Positions 26,201 through 39,796 of a stretch of 64,000 nucleotides of DNA are shown here, in pieces. Position 1 is the first letter of the stretch. Each line of letters opens with the position of its first letter. The DNA is from Balanoglossus misakiensis (lineage: Eukaryota > Animalia > Hemichordata): the NCBI GenBank assembly GCA_040954595.2, contig CM082585.2, positions 4,675,358-4,739,357 on the forward strand. The letters run 5' to 3'. A program made the position numbers and the translations under genes. Under the pieces are notes generated by a model. It saw only the letters and a program-made list of their open reading frames with translations. It had not been told where the DNA came from and did not search any database.

Positions 26201-29200
26201 GTCCTGGCCTTACATACAGCACCAATTTTTCATGGCCTTTTCGGGATTATTTTTAAAAATTGATTATTTTCTCAACTGTATATAAATATGACAATGATAT
26301 TATCATTATGACGTCACAATACAATCAATGTGATGAAGTGACAACAATAAAGTGTACATCACATTTTAAAATGTGCAGGAAAAATGTTAGTTTTTTCCAC
26401 TAAAGATTACTTCAGACTAGCTTTAATACACACCTGAATATACTGTATGGCATTTTTCCCGCCTTCATCTTCTGTCACTAATGCTTTGCCTTGCTCACGT
26501 AAATATCCACTGACACACTCACACATAGTTTTCAAACCTTCAGGAACTCTGATGAACAACTTGTACATGCACCCCAGATCTGTGCAAGGGTGGAAAAGAA
26601 AGATGATTGTGGTATTCATTTTCAAGATGCAAAGCTTGAAGAAAGACACAATAGCATTCAAATATCACATATTAAAAAAATTTCACTAGGGTAAAAATGT
26701 GTGACTGCTCACCATCTGTCTTGTTATTCTTCAACATATGAACAACTCCCGAATTCTCCATCTGTAAAAATACAGTTACAAGAAAATATTGGTCACATGA
26801 ATTCCTATGAATTTTACAGAAAACCCTAGTACTTTGTTCTCCGAGGATAATTCACTTTGTGCCATACATGATACAGCATTCAACAGGTAATCATTTGACC
26901 ATGTTCCAATAAACGCAGTTGGTCATTTACAATTATGGCTGGAAGACATGGTTTGACAACAGAGAAGTACATGTATTATCCAATTTTCAGCCTTCCATTT
27001 GTTTTATAATTTGATACTAGCGTGAAACAATACATGGTGATACGCTCGGCATATGAAAACTGAACCAATGTTGACTTGAACGTTTCATATTTGATATTCT
27101 CAGAGAATAATTTCTGTAATCTGAATACTTACATCTACAATTGTCTTCATATGTTTACATATCAACTCTTCTTCCAATACCTGTTTGTAAGTTTAAAAAA
27201 ATAAGCAACTGAGTTAGTGGTTTTTACAATTCATTTTCGAAGTAATTCATTGGTAACCCTCATTATTTCCCCCAGATATTATTGTATAATTTTACGAAAC
27301 CAAACCTGACTGGATGATCGATGAGCAGAAACATTTTCATAGGAAATTGTTCAAGTAGTGAGTGAAATAAATATGTTTTTACTGGTTACAAACAAGCTCA
27401 TTTGCTGTAGCACAGATCACCACATGTTCAGTAGAACCTTGGTTCCATTGGCTGTGAAAGTTTAATTGACTTGAGAGACAAAAGCTGATTAGAGAACAGG
27501 AATTGTACCTTGACAATCGGGTCCTCAGTTGACTTGTCCAGGTAATGAGTTGCTCTTTCTGCTTCTTCATTTATTCTAGCTTCTACTTTCTTTATGTAAA
27601 CTGATGCACTATTTTCTGCTAAAAACTTCTGACTTTCAAGCTGAAACAGGAAACAGATGAATATGACACATTCAATGTGGAGTTCACAGCCACTCATCCA
27701 GGTCTGCATTGTGGTATGTCTGATGACAATAATTTGAGAACAATTTCTTGACAAGACTCTAAACTTGCTCACATCATGATATACACATGAATAGAATAGA
27801 ATGATCATACCTTTTGCAGACATATACTTTAATTAAATACTGTGTAGTTCATTCAAAGTTTAATTTTATTTGAAAATCCAGTACGCTCTACTCAAGTCCA
27901 GTGTGGCAAACACATGTTTATGGCTGAAATCTACTCTATCAATTTTCATACACTATGTCCGCAGATGTTAAAATCATATTGTCGAAACATACAAGCATGC
28001 TGGTGTCAACAATCAATTAATTAACAATTATGTCATCTACCTACAGCTGAATTTTACAATAGATAAATAAGAATGTTGATCCTACATAAATTCAGACAAA
28101 TCTATTTACCCTGTAAAATTCTGCAGATTGTTCTAGGAAGGGTGCTTCAAAGTCTTCTTCATATACAGCTCTCGAGTCAATACCCAGCACCATTAACATC
28201 TGGCAGGCATTTTTCACAGCACCTCTGAAAGGGGAAAACACATTATTTGCCAATTTCGTTTTGTGATTGTTTGTATTGCAACTGGCCATGTAAATACTGT
28301 ATATCTGACCTATGAACTTTAGTATGGATGGGAATGATCACAATTATAGTTGTAAAGTTATCCCATAGCTAGTACATTGTACGTGATGTTCATTGACAAA
28401 AAACTGTCATCATAACTTGTGTAACTATAAAAGTAATTCTTTGATTTGACAAGTTCATCAATATTATGGTCAGAGATCACCATCCCTCGCCCAGGATTCA
28501 ATTCATATAAAAGGTAGGGTTGTTACAAAAAGTTTTAGCCAGCATTTTCACATTGTCATAATTGGCACATTATCCCTTATAAATATGTGCTTAAAAATAA
28601 AATTTATCACTACTTGCAAAGGGCCCACTGCTGCTAAGTGAACATAGCAGTTTTTGTGTTGTTATCTCGACTTTAATTTTCTCACCTGTCTACCACTTCC
28701 CCACGCCTTTCTCTGGCGACCATATCAAGCAGTGTTTGTCTGAGATGATCCCGAATACATCCATGACGTACTACTAAGTCCCTATATAGAATCAAACCTA
28801 GATTGTACACATTTTCTACATTGTTTTGTTGAACGTATACTCTATCCTGTGAAGAGAAAGAGAGGCCTCATTATAATGAGATTTAATAGAAATAGTATAC
28901 ATGTCAGAATGTCTCCTACAAATGACAAATCAAAGTCAATGTCGAACCTGCCGTCTTAAAATTTGACATTTTCAATTTTTCATGTGTCCACTTTGCTGTC
29001 TGAAAATGATGGTAAATCTAATTGTGGTTGTCAAAAAAAATATCACTTGCATGTGAGACCATAAGGTGTTTCCCAGTAGTCTGACACATTTGACTGATTT
29101 CAGTAAAAGAGGATAGTAGTTTAGCCTTTTCACCACAATGGTTCAGTCCAAACCCACTGTTTTCTATGGTGAAGCTGGACCTCTAAAGAGGGAACTGGGG

Positions 29201-31186
29201 GTGAAAGGGTTAGACCATCATAGCTTCAATGATTATGAGGTGAGACTGGATGCAAGTCTGTCTTTTCTCTTTTCTGGGCTACATCACAGTCTTCAAACAA
29301 TACCTACCATGTACATGAGGATATCTCTAATCATCACCATGGACGTCTGGTGGTCATTCCATGCACTGTTCAATGTGTGAAGAAAGTTGTTGTTTAGCGA
29401 ATCCAAGACATCTACCCGGATCTGTTCAACAGAGAGAGAGCTACAGTTAGTAGAATGATACAACTGATGATTTATCAAATGAAACGACCATATGTTTTGG
29501 CATGCACCTTCCTTGTGACGTTTATATAGTGACATACGCAAGTCCATCTGCCACGCCGATAGACTCTAACTGGCAGGGTAGACTTTTCATTTTTGTTAAC
29601 AGGGAAAGGATTTCCCCTGAAACCTGTCCAACAGATTTTCTAGTAGTAGCAGCAGTTCCAATGAAAAAGTTGCCCTTGGGCAAAGCAAATTCAATAAATC
29701 TTACCAGTCCAAGATAAATGTAACTCTTACAGTATGGTCTATGCATCATACTGACTCTGCAGACCATATTGTAGGAGGTACTGTAAACACTGTGCGAAAT
29801 CACTGAGTAGCATGGGCCATTAGATAATCGTGATGCCTTTATCGCTCTGTCTTTGAAGTGCTGAATTGCCATGGCCAAGGTGAGCATAAAGTCGGATCAC
29901 TTAAACTGTTTTGCCAAGATAGAATACCACATTTGAAAATAATACCTTGTCAACTAGATGTTCTGTGACAACCTCTCTTAACCCTGTATAAAGGCGTTCA
30001 CCATGTTTGTGTAGGACCATTGTGTAGGCATTACGGTAGAGCTCTTCAAAACTAAGCCCACTGTTGTTCTTTTTCTGGATTTCTTGGATGGCATTCTTCA
30101 GCAGGGCCCAAATGTTGGACACATACTTCTCATCCATGGTCATCTACAGAAAGATGAGTTAAAAGAAAACAAGCAGTTAGTTCATCTTCTCCACAAATAA
30201 TACATTTTCACATGCAAGGGCCACTAAGGAATTAAGGATTCAAGTTATACAAGTGCTGACAGAATGTTTCAAACTTTCAAATTCAGTAATTTCTCGGAAA
30301 TTTTGTTGGGGAAACAATTTTGCTGATTTAGTGTTCTCCCCAGAACAATGACATGTAAAGAACACCGACCAGTACAATATAAACTCATTATCATAACAAT
30401 TAATTATATTGTTATACAAATTTGCTGATATTTTATTAGAAGTTCCTGGGGAGAACGCCACTGATTTCATAAACTATTTGCATCTTAAATTAAAAAGGTA
30501 GATATTGACTTATAATGCTGATGTTCATAACACAACATAAACTGAATTCTGACAATAATATTAGATTCCAGAAAACATATTGAAATGTGCCCTCATAATT
30601 ATAATCTGGGAATAGCTTATAGTAAATATTTGCATAGCTCTGATTGGCTGCAATAAACAAGTTAAATAAATATACTGTTGAGTGTTGTGAATGAAGATCA
30701 TATTTCCTTTCAGTAATGCACTTTGTGAATGGTGAGCAATAAGGGAAAATATCATTCGCCTGCAAATTCTATGACACTTTGACATTTGTAAACATACTTC
30801 CACGACAGAGTGGGAGGGGTTGGCAATGTTTTGGGTCATAATGACTCAGTGTCGTGACCTTTGTTGACATTTCTCGAGATGAATTGTTGACGTGGTAGAG
30901 ATTCGACTCTCATACATGGACATGTCAAAATGATAGTTTCTGTGATCTTGCAAGAAAACAAAATCATCTAGCACCTGTCATAATTCCATACCACGTACGA
31001 GCTACGAATATGTCAAAAAATTTCACAGTTTTAATAACTTAGAACTGCACGTTCACAGTTCTTCAGTACAAACTGTTTGGCTTCTGTGTCGCATTTATAC
31101 ATTTAAAAACGAAATACGTCAAAACTGTTACTCACTGGGAAGGCCCGTATTCGCATCTTGGTGTTCGTCTTCGTTTTGAGACTCAT
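20278..31186 (-). CDS. CUL3: Cullin-3, 20 exons, ~755 aa
   Basis: Exons (minus): 31186-31136, 30143-29946, 29421-29308, 28846-28686, 28224-28110, 27640-27509, 27180-27133, 26761-26713, 26579-26434, 25876-25700, 25121-24951, 24589-24482, 23888-23764, 23641-23548, 23379-23263, 22821-22704, 22180-22112, 21873-21731, 20730-20624, 20302-20278; 2268 nt. Motifs [47 protein letters not shown], neddylation site [10 protein letters not shown]-terminal [13 protein letters not shown]. Confidence 0.97.
20800..21409. mobile_element. Foldback MITE, TTAA-flanked with AGGGG termini (Kolobok-like family B)
   Basis: TTAA|AGGGGAAATCCGTTGTAGCTGATTTCTACAT ... ATGTAGAAATCAGCTACGACGGATTTCCCCT|TTAA; the arms stay near-complementary for more than 200 bp. 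Confidence 0.85.
22875..22958. mobile_element. ~85-bp piggyBac-like micro-MITE
   Basis: TTAA|CCCTTTTACCACCATGG...GGGGGTGAAAGGG|TTTA; related copies at ~29125-29210 and ~43312-43397, partial copies at ~36805-36872 and ~56311. Confidence 0.65.
25247..25552. mobile_element. ~305-bp piggyBac-like MITE (family P)
   Basis: Nearly identical to 35584-35888 and 60173-60479. Confidence 0.8.
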
Positions 31187-31881
31187 TTTGACTTGTGTAT
31201 GCGCAAAACTGTTAGATCAGAAGAGAAAACTAACTGACGACACAAAGTCACAGTTATTTTTGGAACACCCTCGGCCTCGATGTCCAGTCCGGTCAACCGG
31301 CAAACTCTCCGAAGCAAAAGCATAAAATTCCCGGCACTTATCGCATATGCTGTTCCTGTTCCAGAAGAACTGGCTTCTGGGATGATACTATATCCAAGCC
31401 TACTGTGAAATTCCAGAAAAAATGAACGAATTAGTTAAAAATATCGTTCATAAATTCGTCGCATTCTCTCTGTGTATCAAGGAGATTCCGAGGATTGTTT
31501 ACCCCTGATAATGTTCATTATCTATATTCATCCGACGAGCTTTAAAAAATCCACATATAATCATACATTTTTCTCAAATTGCGTGAAAGTGTACAAATAC
31601 TTAAATACCGAAATAGAAGTTTTAGTGAATTATATGTTGTAATTCCTCCAAATACTCCTTATTTAACATTTTTTGCAATATGCGCAATGATATTATGTAA
31701 AGTAATATGTGAAACGGACATCCGCCATCTTGAGTAACGTGAATGACGTTTCCCATCAAATATCGCGAGACTTTACTTTATATGGAAAGGTCAAGAGTGC
31801 ACAATATGTCTGCGCCCATGGCTTTGGTCACACCAGCGGGTAATTAACGCTAATCACATTTTACGTCTATGAGAGGCACCG
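31187..31881. promoter_or_regulatory. Bidirectional promoter region CUL3/SENP-like gene
   Basis: Divergent ATGs ~700 bp apart. YY1-type CCGCCATCTTG at 31722-31732, TGACGT at ~31744, TCGCGAGA at 31763-31770; locally CpG-retaining. Confidence 0.6.
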
Positions 31882-34800
31882 ATGAAGGCCAAAAACAGTA
31901 ATGAACCACTAAATATGAGTACCTTGAACTTTCGAGTTCGTGTTGATGGTAAATTCTCTAAAGTAAGTCGATATTGCATTAACTGATCACAATCGTAGCT
32001 GCGTACAGTCTGCTGCACTGTTACACGTGCACGCCTTCTTGTATGGGCCATACTTGTTGCGGGTCCGTAGCGGCAGCCCTACCCTTCCAACAACCTACAG
32101 AAGGGCAAGTGGTAGTGCTACGGACACGCAGCAAATGACCAGACTTAAATTGTAGATTGCCAGCCAGTGCAATTATGCAAGGCCATATGGTAAACATAAG
32201 CAAAATTGAAAATATGATGAAATGCACACACACAGTGACACACGTGGTATTGAGTGCTCAATCAAAGTGGATGATGTTACTCAACTCCTGCAATGCCGTT
32301 GCTCGAGGTTTTGCCAAGCCAGTATCAAAAACCTCGAGCTGGTACTCACTTTTGACTGCCCATGAGGATAACACTGTAACAGAATATCTTTGTTTCCCAT
32401 GGGGACTGTGTGTCGCTCCTTCAGCCTCTGGGAAAGTCTGTTTGGGGGTGACTCGCAACGTACATGTATGTTATTACCCGAATATGGCCAGTCAATTAGT
32501 GTATTACACACCTCATCCAACAGAAGCGCACATCAGGAAATTTCTCTTCTATCATCAAGTTGGTCAGGGTCACAGACAACACCGGCATCATACTATCATA
32601 GTTTACATTTTCTGTAGTGCTCTCGCATAGATGGTGCTTTCAAACTTAGCCAGCAACAGATGATATACAAAATGCATGAGCAATGCAAACTGAAATGCAA
32701 TCAAGTGGGATATTGACATTATCAGTAATCTGTGGTGTATTCGGATTTTTCTCTTTCAGTGTACACATTAAACATTTGATATTGTGGTTGAGCCAAATGA
32801 TTTAGCCATGATTTTGAAAACCAGAGGCTCATCATAAGCTTTCATTTCTATTTCTATATCCTCGAAAGCTAACATAATAATAATTTTAGTATATATTGCT
32901 GTTGGTATGATCTACGGCACTCAGTGACCGTGTATGATCATATGATGATGGTAATGATGGCAATTGTTTATTTTTCAGAAGAATTTCCATCTCCCAAGGT
33001 CAAGCAGAACAAAAGAGCTGGTGGATGAACTTCTGAGGGAAAAGTTACTAGAAACGAGAAATGTGACTGTATACAATCAGAACTCTAACAGGTTGCGATG
33101 GAGGGATAAAGTCGGGCAATATGTCAGAGATGGAGAAACCGTGATCGTTACTAGTGTTGGTGTGACTGGATCAGGAGATGGTGAGCGTGACTCCAGAAGA
33201 GAATCCAGTGCTTTGTCAGTGCAGTCGGATGATGATGGTGATGACGTTTTGAATGTCAAGAGGAGAAGCAGCGAGGTGTCAACGAGAAGGAAGAAATGCA
33301 GGAAAGTGTCGAGTGAGCAAAGCGATGTCACAGTCGGACGTTCTTCAGCAGAAACGGAGCAGAATTGCACAAGTGGATTTCAAGAGGGTGAAAGGAAACT
33401 GGATGACTCTGAAGCAGCTGACTCGAAAGCATCCCAGAATAACCTGCAAAGTGCTGAAAACGGAAGCCAAAGTGACAGTGTAACCGTTGGAAACGATAAA
33501 GGGTTAAAATTTCACTATGACAAGATTTTTAACCATCAGCCTAACAGTTGTGATGAAGAGCAACCAAAGCAATATTCAGAGAATGTACACAGTGCAATGT
33601 ATGCAGTGAATCCAAAATGGGGGCTGTCGTGTCAGACAACGGATGGAAAACACAACAGAGACAGAAGCGAGAGTGCAACAATTGGAACAGAGACAACATT
33701 CACACGCCTCTATGAAAAGGATGATGCTGACAAGACGATAGAAGAGAAAAATATTTGCAATGATGCGACTGATGACAGTGATGATATTATGATTGTGGAA
33801 GTGATTGGAGAGAAGCAAATTTCAAAGGAAAAGATCATTTCGAACTTGAGAGGTAAACAGAATTGATAACAAAATACGGTTTTACAACTGGTTGAAAAAC
33901 TGAATTTTTTCCCTCACAGGCACTTCAAATACAAATCTCGATTTCTGGTACTATTCACAATGATGTTTCATTTGTTTGTTTTGATGTGTGTTATACTAGA
34001 TGCAAGTTTTTCACTGACTTAAACCACTTCACATATTACAGAAAAACTGAGATTGAAAGAAACTAATTCCTGAATGTACCTTTTGCATTTACAGGAATAC
34101 TCAGGAAAAGACGAAACCGTACAGGTAATGGATATAATTTGACAGTTGTATTTCATGAACTACAGAAGATTTTCAAGAAGGATCTCTCAGACAGGTAAGG
34201 TTGTCATGATCAGGATAATATAAGGTTATTCACAAAATACCGCCATGATGTAATTTGCATATCGAATGCGCCTTCACCTCGCGCATCAGGTGATGCTTGT
34301 GTCGAGCTGCCGACGTCTCACGCGCGACGTTCTACGCTGCAGCGATGAGCTCATTCTGGAACTTGAAATGAATGCGCTCGCCTGTTTGTTCACAGATTCC
34401 TTCGACTGAAATTTCAGCGTGGATTTTGACTTATTTCGCATCTTGGGCCACCAATAATTTTGTTTAATAACGACTGTGTACTTTTTATATAATTTTTTTT
34501 GTGAGAGTAGGGTGTAATATCATCGTGAGTCAAAATGCGTCCAATAACCCTGGTGTTATTGGACTCCGCGTCCTCATTGAATAATTATTGTATGGTGATA
34601 CCGCGAATTATTGTATTACGGAACTCCATAGGTTACAGCAGTAGGTGTATAATACAAAAATGTAATATGCATTTGTGTAGATTATATATTTTCCTACCAG
34701 TATTTGGCAGGCGAGGCCTGTTAGCCAAATGTCCTGCTATGCCACAGCATTGGTGAAACCTCCAATTTATATACGCCCATATATGGCTTAACTGGTGTAT

Positions 34801-37800
34801 TTGAGTGTTCTAAAGAACATATGGTGGTGCTTTTTTTTCGCGTGTGTCACCAACTGAGAATCTGTGATTGGCTAGATCTCAATTTACCATGGTAACTGTA
34901 GCTAAATTTACATAGGTGACCGCATACCTATAAGTGTTCAAAAGTACCGTCGCTGATGACCCTTTGAAAACGTGCAGCGGGAATATCTGGCACATGAAGC
35001 TGAACTCCAGCTGGTTCGAAAATGACCTATCACCTTGTTATATACTTATTCAATTTAACCACATTTCCCATTGTGTGCCAACACTTTCATAAGATGTACC
35101 ACCATGACCCTGAATGTACCGGTGATCTCATGCAGTCAAGAATACTTTCTAACAAAATTGAAATGTAATTTCTTCTCATATCTCCCCACAGATATGAATT
35201 TATCAAGAATGCTTTCAACCACATGACATCGAAGCCAAACTCTTGGTTAGCAGAGAGTGAATCACGACCAGAAATTGCTGTGTCCATCTCTGACCATCAC
35301 ATCACCACTGAAGATTTGAAAAGACTGAATGGACAAAATTGGTTGAACGACAGTGTAAGTTTTGTAAAGGTATACATGCAAAATTAACCACTGTTACCAT
35401 GGAAAATTCAAATATAGCGAATCACAAATTTTCAGTTGGTTATTTTGATAAGCTTCATCACTGAGAATAATAATTTAAATAAGTCAGTTTACTTTCAATA
35501 TACAGAAACCCTAGATTGATAGTGCGGACACAATGAAATCAAGCTGCAGTTCTGTGTGTGTACTATTCTAACTTAGTGTTTAACCCTAACGCTGCCAAGT
35601 CGTTGAAACTGGTTTGATTTCCAGGGTGCCTAGAATCCTGGCTCCCAGGCCTGTTAGACTGCCAAGTGCGTGTTAATCAGTAGGGCCTATACAAGACCCT
35701 CAGACCAATACAGTGCAAACCAGTGCGATTTGGTACATTTTACAGGGGGCTCAGACTGCCAAGTGTGTCTAAGTACGTATGAGAGCCATGTCAAGACAGT
35801 CAAAATACGTTTTAGAAGAAAAAGTGGCAAATACGTATTTTAAGGGACTTGACACTCTAAACAGATATGACACCCAGTAGCATTAGGGTTAAGCAACAGC
35901 AAGTGCATAAAAAAAGAAAATTCACGAGAATCTATGAAACACCACTTTCATGAAAATTGTGTTATAACTCGTCAATCGGTTGATGTGAATGTTTTCAGAT
36001 CATAAATGGCTACTCTCAACTTTTGATGATGTTCCATTCAGATGTCTTCATCTTCTCAACGTACTTCTATCCACAACTAAAGAGTAAAGGATACTTAGGT
36101 GTCAAGAAATGGATCAAGAAGGTAAATAGTCTTATGTTTTCCAGATTGTTTCAGTTGCAGCTGTCGAAAGCACAAATTGCCAAACAATGATTACTTATTT
36201 TGCAACTTGATGCAGTCTGTAACACAAAGAATGCATGGTGTAAACTTGATTGTGTATCACCTACATGTACACTTGCAATACAATTTAGAACTGCAAGGGA
36301 AAACATTTCATTATTAAGATGTCATTGCACATGATATTACTAGACTCTCTCACAGGACACAGTCCCTTTAATGTAGTTTACATTTGTTTTGGAATGAAAG
36401 TTCAGTTGGCAAGATCACACTGATTGTGGTTATGAAATCCCATTCCATGATACTTATTAGAAAAGATTGAGGCAATTAAATCTAATTTAATTTTTCAGGT
36501 TGATATTTTCAAGAAGAGACTGCTGTTGTTTCCTATTCATCTCGGTTTACACTGGACACTTGTTGCTTGCAATCTTTCCAAAAAGACTCTGATTTACTTG
36601 GATTCATTGGCTGGATTCAATGAACACTGCTTAAAGGCAAGTCATGTGATCAGAAATCTTCTTCTCAAAGGTACATTGTATGAGAGGAAATATTAAAGCC
36701 ATATGATGACTGAGTTATACTCAAGGCAAGAATGGTTTTTCCTGAAAAACTGAAGTCAAAGCTCGCACATATCTAAACAATCAGCCAGACTGACATTCCT
36801 CCAGTTCAGTCCAAACCGATTGTTTTCTATAGTATGATTGGACCTCTAAGAGGAAAATTCGGGTGAAATGGTTAAAGCAAGTTATATTTTCAGCAAAAGC
36901 GGGTAGTAATATAATTCACAGGCATGAAATCATTTCTCATCTGCAAGTTTTTTGTTTAATTAACAGCGTCTGATGCAATTCCTGAGGAAATCAGCTTTTC
37001 AACAGGACAAGGATCACATAGTGAGCGGTTGGCAAGCTGGGAGAGTGGAAAGCATCCCACTTCAGAAGAACGTATCGGATTGTGGTGTCTTTGTCTGTCA
37101 GGTAAGCAATATTATTGTACCCCTTCAAATTTATACAGTCACCTATTCAGTCACCTATTCAAATTTAAAGGGACAAAGTCTGTCTCTCGCTGCCCTTTTT
37201 CCTTTAATTAATTATGTTTGACACAAGACACCGTTTATGTTATTCTACATGTGGATATATAGTGGATAAATGTTCGACCACACACAACTTCCATCTCGTT
37301 TGGAGGATACAAGAGTAAATTTCTCGCCAAAATGAATAAATAGTAAACACCGATTATTCATTTCGGCGAGTTTTTTCCCTCCCGTGTCTACAAGCGGGAT
37401 GGAAGTTGTGTGTGGTCGAACATTGATTCACTATATATCCACATGTAGAATAACATAAACAGTGTCTTGTATCAAACATAAATTAAAGGCACAGCGAGAG
37501 AGAGACTTTGTCCCTTTAAATAACCATACTTACATGGAATCATATGTGGGGTTCATACACATGCATTTGAAATGCTTCTGAAACGTCTTAGGTCAAATAC
37601 TGGCATAAGTTATTATGTCTGAACAGTTTATGTGGTCCTGGAACATTTCAGACTTGAGACGGCTTTGCCGCCAGACCTGAGCTGGTGTACGATGATTAGA
37701 AATGCTTGTATTCTTCAAAGAGGGAAATGCTACTTCATTTGACCAGATGACATAGCAGTGTAGCATTTTTGATAGTGTGGAATGTTTAGATAATTCATTT

Positions 37801-37980
37801 AGATCTTTTTGTGGGTACTGGTAATAGCTAGCATACCAATGACATTTTCCAATAATGTTTTTTCATTTGCAGTATTCCAAGCGATTTTGCAAAAGCACTG
37901 CCATGGATTTCTGCCAATCTGACATCCCAAGACTTCGCAAACAGATGATCCAAGAACTTCAAAGCAAGACTTTGTTGTAG
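31882..37980 (+). CDS. Ulp1/SENP-family (peptidase C48) SUMO protease, 8 exons, ~573 aa
   Basis: Exons 31882-31962, 32979-33852, 34095-34194, 35192-35354, 35999-36121, 36499-36636, 36967-37101, 37873-37980; 1722 nt in frame. C48 motifs: ITTEDLKRL..QNWLNDSIINGY, FSTYFYPQL..KGYLGVKKWIKKVDIF, PIHLGLHWTL (His), YLDSL (Asp), PLQKNVSDCGVFVCQY (Gln/Cys), MDFCQSDIPRLRKQMIQEL. The start could be ATG 31882 or ATG 31915. Confidence 0.88.
35584..35888. mobile_element. piggyBac-like MITE (family P), intact copy
   Basis: TTAA|CCCTAACGCTGC ... GTAGCATTAGGG|TTAA: CCC/GGG termini with TTAA target site. Confidence 0.85.
37169..37515. mobile_element. Foldback MITE, TTAA-flanked, AGGGACAAAGTC termini (Kolobok-like family C)
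   Basis: TTAA|AGGGACAAAGTCTGTCTCTCGCTG ... CAGCGAGAGAGAGACTTTGTCCCT|TTAA; the whole element is palindromic. Confidence 0.85.
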
Positions 37981-39413
37981 TTGGTACTATCTTGAGCATC
38001 ATCTCAACTGAACTGTGATGCACTTGCAAAGTTCTGTCAGTAGTCAGGGTTTTTTAAACCAGTGTGCAATCAATTCTCACAACCTTATGTTGTTTTTTTG
38101 CTGCCTAGGTAAGTGATAAAAATCTCACGTGGTCGACATAATTTCAAGATGGCGGATTCTGCATTATTAGGAGTTCAGAAGCTAGCAACAGGTCACACTT
38201 AAATTTTGTAGCAGAAAAAAATACATAATGTGAAAAGCTTGAACAAGTTCTGTGTGCTAACTACAAAGACAGAACTGTTAAACACAGAGAAGTCAGATAA
38301 TGCAGGTAACATACATTTATCAACTCTTCATAGTAAGTTGTCGACCTTTTTACCCATAATGCAATATTATCATATAATTTGACCCCCTAGCATGAAGGAA
38401 AAGCCTATGTAAGCTAGCAAGAATAGCCCATCAGGAACTCAAATTTTGTTATGTTTAGAGAGATCAGGCCGCCTGAGGCACTTCAGGTAAGATCTATGGT
38501 CTTCTCAGCATGAACAGTTGACATGTGATGCTGCCCTCTAGAGGCAATGATCTACTTTGCTGCAATGACATTTGAATTTAGCATGACTGTCAAAGGTCAC
38601 TGAACTTTGAACTGAATAATTTTTCTATGTTTAGTACTACGTGAACAGCTGAATGAAAGTGACTGGCAGGGAATTCTTTTTTTTTTTTTTTGACTGACTT
38701 TAACTGCCTTGCGTCAATCACTGTCATATTATTATGTGTACTGGCAGCTCAAGAGATGTAGTAAACTGATAATTTATGTTAAACCACCAGATGGTGTGAA
38801 TTCTACACAACTCACTGAACCCTAATCAGTTGCCATTATCAAACTTTATTTAACAAACAGCACTGGTTCAGTACAGTTTTTGTTTTCTTATCATCAGAAC
38901 CTTTATAAACAATCATTGCCAAAAATCAAACTGATTTTGAGAAATGAACGGTGCTAAAATCATGTCTTTAACATTTAATATGAAGTTAGAATTTCAAAAC
39001 CAAAAGAACATCATGTCAGAATATGTAAACTTATTTATATTTATTTATTTATAAGTTTTATTTTATTTGAAGCATTTCAAGTATATGTATTCCACAGTGA
39101 TTTTTCTAACTAAGTGTTTATTTTGTTGATGAAATAAATCAATGGTTGCAAGTCAACTTAATCATGTATTTGATATCAGTTTATTAATGGACACAGTTGG
39201 TTAAATGAAAGTGTATGTTTTGTTAAAGTAGTACAGGTACGCACATCGCGAACAGTTCAGAAAAATGATAATCCTCCAAACCTTTGAATTCTTTGTTACA
39301 TTTAAGTGCATTTCCTGTGAAATTCCAGAAAAATTACTTTATCCATCAAAATTCCATCTAAATTATGACTGCAATTATGTGAGGATGTTTGCTATGATGC
39401 TAGTTTACATTAA

Positions 39414-39796
39414 AGGGACAAAGTCTCTCTCTCGCTGCCCTTTTTCCATTAATTATGTTTGATACAAAACACCTTTTATGTTATTCTACATGTGGATATA
39501 TAGTGAATCAACGTTCGACCACACACAACTTCCACCCCTTTTGGAGGATATGAGAGTAAATTTCTCGCCAAAATGAATAAATAGTAAACACCGATTATTC
39601 ATTTTGGCGAGTTTTTTCACTCTCGTGTCTACAAATGGGATGTAAGTTGTGTGTGGTTGAACATTGATTCACTACTAGTATATATCCACGTGAACATTAA
39701 TTCACTATATATCCACATGTAGAATAACATAAACAGTGTCTTGTATCAAATATAATTAATGGAAAAAAGGCAGCGAGAGAGAGAGACTTTGTCCCT
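39414..39796. mobile_element. Foldback MITE family C
   Basis: Same TIRs and TTAA flanks as 37169-37515, with a small internal duplication. Confidence 0.85.

Noticed and set aside
32021-32630. Several 66-157 aa ORFs in SENP intron 1
   Set aside because: No recognisable domain or consistent splice signals; possibly a decayed mobile element, but unsupported.
34095-34124. 30-nt micro-exon ending at the GTAATG donor
   Set aside because: Its phase is incompatible with exon 4; the donor at 34194 keeps the frame.
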